From a virus, in IMG/VR virus record IMGVR_UViG_3300017917_003388, positions 1-64,000 of that record: a stretch of 64,000 nt of DNA; one strand, given 5' to 3'. The translations under genes were made by a program, and so were the position numbers. Within the stretch, counting starts at the first letter, position 1. Every line of letters starts with the position of its first letter. Shown one piece after another: positions 62,231 through 64,000 of the stretch. The notes beneath the pieces were generated by a model. It searched no databases and was not told the origin of the DNA. It worked only from the letters and a program-made list of their open reading frames with translations.

Positions 62231-63178
62231 TTAATCCGTAAAAAGTTCAACATTTATTGGATCACAACATGGTAACTCATTTACATATAAAGTATCACTA
62301 ATTTCAAATATAGGACATGTATATAAATAATTGACATTTATTATAGATGGAGCTGATATATTTTCAGATATATTATATCCTGTATTTATTAATACACCAT
62401 TTATAAACCATTGAGGTAAATTAATCGGACCATTAGGTGTAAATCTCCAAGCTTCTGGAGTATTGATAGTATACACACTTGTATTTCTGTTTACAGGAAA
62501 TGAAGCAATAGTACCTAAATTATTTTGTATACCTAAACAAGCTCTTCCTCCATTCCATGTATTACATGTTTGTTTTTTATTAACATATATGTCAATTATA
62601 TTAGTAAATTCATGTAATACTATTTGAAATGTAGATATTAAATTATTACATTGGAAATGTGGGATTTGATAAAAGCTTACAATTAACTTTCTATACGGAG
62701 ATACTCCTATTACACCATATCTAACAGTACCCCCAATTGATGGATCAATATCATGATATAAACCTATCATTGATCTTGGGAAGTTTGCAACATTTGTTGG
62801 TATAGATGCATTAAAAGCCCAAGGAGAAAACTGATTAGCATATGTTAGATTAAAACTTATAATACCATTAGTACTAATTACATATTTATTATAAGTTTGC
62901 CCATAAAAACAAAAATTAAATGGTAAATTTATTATTTGAGACCATACATCATCGATAGGGATGTTATATAAAGTACCGGTATTATAAGGATAAGGATTAT
63001 AAGGGATTGGTGATACTAAATAGGATGTAGTATTATATGTTATTGTATCTAAATCACAAGTTAAATTGAGAGAAATGTCACCACATATAGTAGTGTCATT
63101 TCCTCCCAATATATTAATTGTGGGTGTTTGTGAAAATAATAAATTAGATATTAATAGTAGTCCTAATAATAGTCTCAT
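62231..63178 (-). CDS. secreted Bacteroidota adhesin-like (SprB N-terminal-like) protein
   Basis: Signal peptide; DDVWS..INLPFNFCFYG...ISTNGIISF, HDIDP, EAWRFTPNG. Confidence 0.7.
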   Translation of the reverse strand: MRLLLGLLLISNLLFSQTPTINILGGNDTTICGDISLNLTCDLDTITYNTTSYLVSPIPYNPYPYNTGTLYNIPIDDVWSQIINLPFNFCFYGQTYNKYVISTNGIISFNLTYANQFSPWAFNASIPTNVANFPRSMIGLYHDIDPSIGGTVRYGVIGVSPYRKLIVSFYQIPHFQCNNLISTFQIVLHEFTNIIDIYVNKKQTCNTWNGGRACLGIQNNLGTIASFPVNRNTSVYTINTPEAWRFTPNGPINLPQWFINGVLINTGYNISENISAPSIINVNYLYTCPIFEISDTLYVNELPCCDPINVELFTD

Positions 63179-63360
63179 GGTTTTGGAATTCTTGATTCTT
63201 TAATACCCTTTAATTCTATAAGTGAATTTAATATAGATATAGACATGGGATTTCTATATAATTTATTTGATAACTCCATAAATTTAATTTGATCATCTAA
63301 TTTAGTTGAACTTATTGAAGGTAGTTCATTTAATAATTTTGACATTTGTTCTTCCATAAT

Positions 63361-64000
63361 TTATACATTTAATGTTTTTAATTTTTCTTCAATATTGTCA
63401 TTATAAGATAATATAAGTAAATCAATATTGTTATCCAAACAATATTGCTTTTTTATTTCATCTCTTTGTTTAAGGTATTCAAATCCTTTTTCACCTCCAA
63501 AAAATGTAACTGGTTTATAATGTTGTAAACCATTATACTCAATTAACATATTATGTTTGGGTAAATAAAAATCATAATAATGATATGAATCTTTAATTTT
63601 TACTTGATATTGATAGATATATTCTATATTATTTCTATTTAACCAAATACCTACTTGTTCTTCTCCTTTATATATATTACATTCAGGACAGTTACTTTTT
63701 GCATATAAATGAATAGATGGTTTTTGAAAAAAAGATCCATGTTTTGAACATATAATTTCTACTTCCTGATAAAGATTTTGGTAGTTTATTTTAGAGTAAT
63801 CATATATGTCATTATGGATCTTTTTTGCTCTTTCTAAGAATTGTTCTTTTGTTATTTGTTTAGGATTAGGTCTTCGATTTTGACATTTTAAACACCCAAA
63901 TCCTTTATATAATACTGATGGTGGTTTGTTTTCTATATTTCCACAGTTTTTACATATCAATTTAACATTAGAATGAGCATCTTTATAAGATAATAAAGAA
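63361..64000 (-). CDS. Zn-repeat plus PD-(D/E)XK (Vsr-like) putative homing endonuclease, 5'-partial
   Basis: IICSKHGSF, CPEC, YDFYLP...LIEYNGLQHY; frame open to the window end. Confidence 0.8.
   Translation of the reverse strand, partial: SLLSYKDAHSNVKLICKNCGNIENKPPSVLYKGFGCLKCQNRRPNPKQITKEQFLERAKKIHNDIYDYSKINYQNLYQEVEIICSKHGSFFQKPSIHLYAKSNCPECNIYKGEEQVGIWLNRNNIEYIYQYQVKIKDSYHYYDFYLPKHNMLIEYNGLQHYKPVTFFGGEKGFEYLKQRDEIKKQYCLDNNIDLLILSYNDNIEEKLKTLNV

Noticed and set aside
1-64000. CRISPR array
   Set aside because: No short repeats with regular unique spacers; the 34-bp repeats are gene-spaced promoter-like elements.
1-64000. Stop-codon recoding (alternative genetic code)
   Set aside because: Long core genes (PolB, GroEL, NAMPT, ThyA) are intact in code 11; only one isolated in-frame TAA was seen.
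1-64000. Integrase, transposase or reverse transcriptase (DGR/retron) to explain the repeats
   Set aside because: No tyrosine-recombinase, DDE or RT motifs recognised in any ORF in this window.

Overview
A 64-kb, very AT-rich segment of a large (jumbo/T4-like) phage genome, probably infecting Bacteroidota. The host inference rests on Bacteroidota-type promoter repeats, A-rich leaders without Shine-Dalgarno sites, and T9SS-type domains. Almost all genes are on the minus strand. 1-19 kb is an early/accessory region of small ORFs punctuated by a near-identical 34-bp promoter repeat. It also holds a tRNA-like element, shuffled paralog families and an NAD+ reconstitution operon (NAMPT-like, HAD, macrodomain, PRPS-like). 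19-27 kb encodes signal-peptide/PKD/T9SS-like proteins and a SHAEG-repeat fibre. 35-46 kb is a glycosylation island (epimerase, GT2/GT4, methyltransferases) invaded by homing endonucleases, one of which splits a GT2 gene; an Acb1-like 2H phosphodiesterase is also there. 46-64 kb holds the replication and nucleotide core (exonuclease, clamp loader, GroES/EL, clamp, PolB, MazG-like, ThyA, FolE) and a plus-strand holin/GH19 pair. The most striking signal is two integrase-less arrays of integron-like gene cassettes (about 28.7-29.9 kb and 52.8-53.7 kb). Their attC-like hairpins show cassette-specific GTT.../...AAC core complementarity, they share a repeat ending exactly at the GTT crossover, and their ORFs start inside or read through the attC. 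All family calls come from motif recognition, not database searches.
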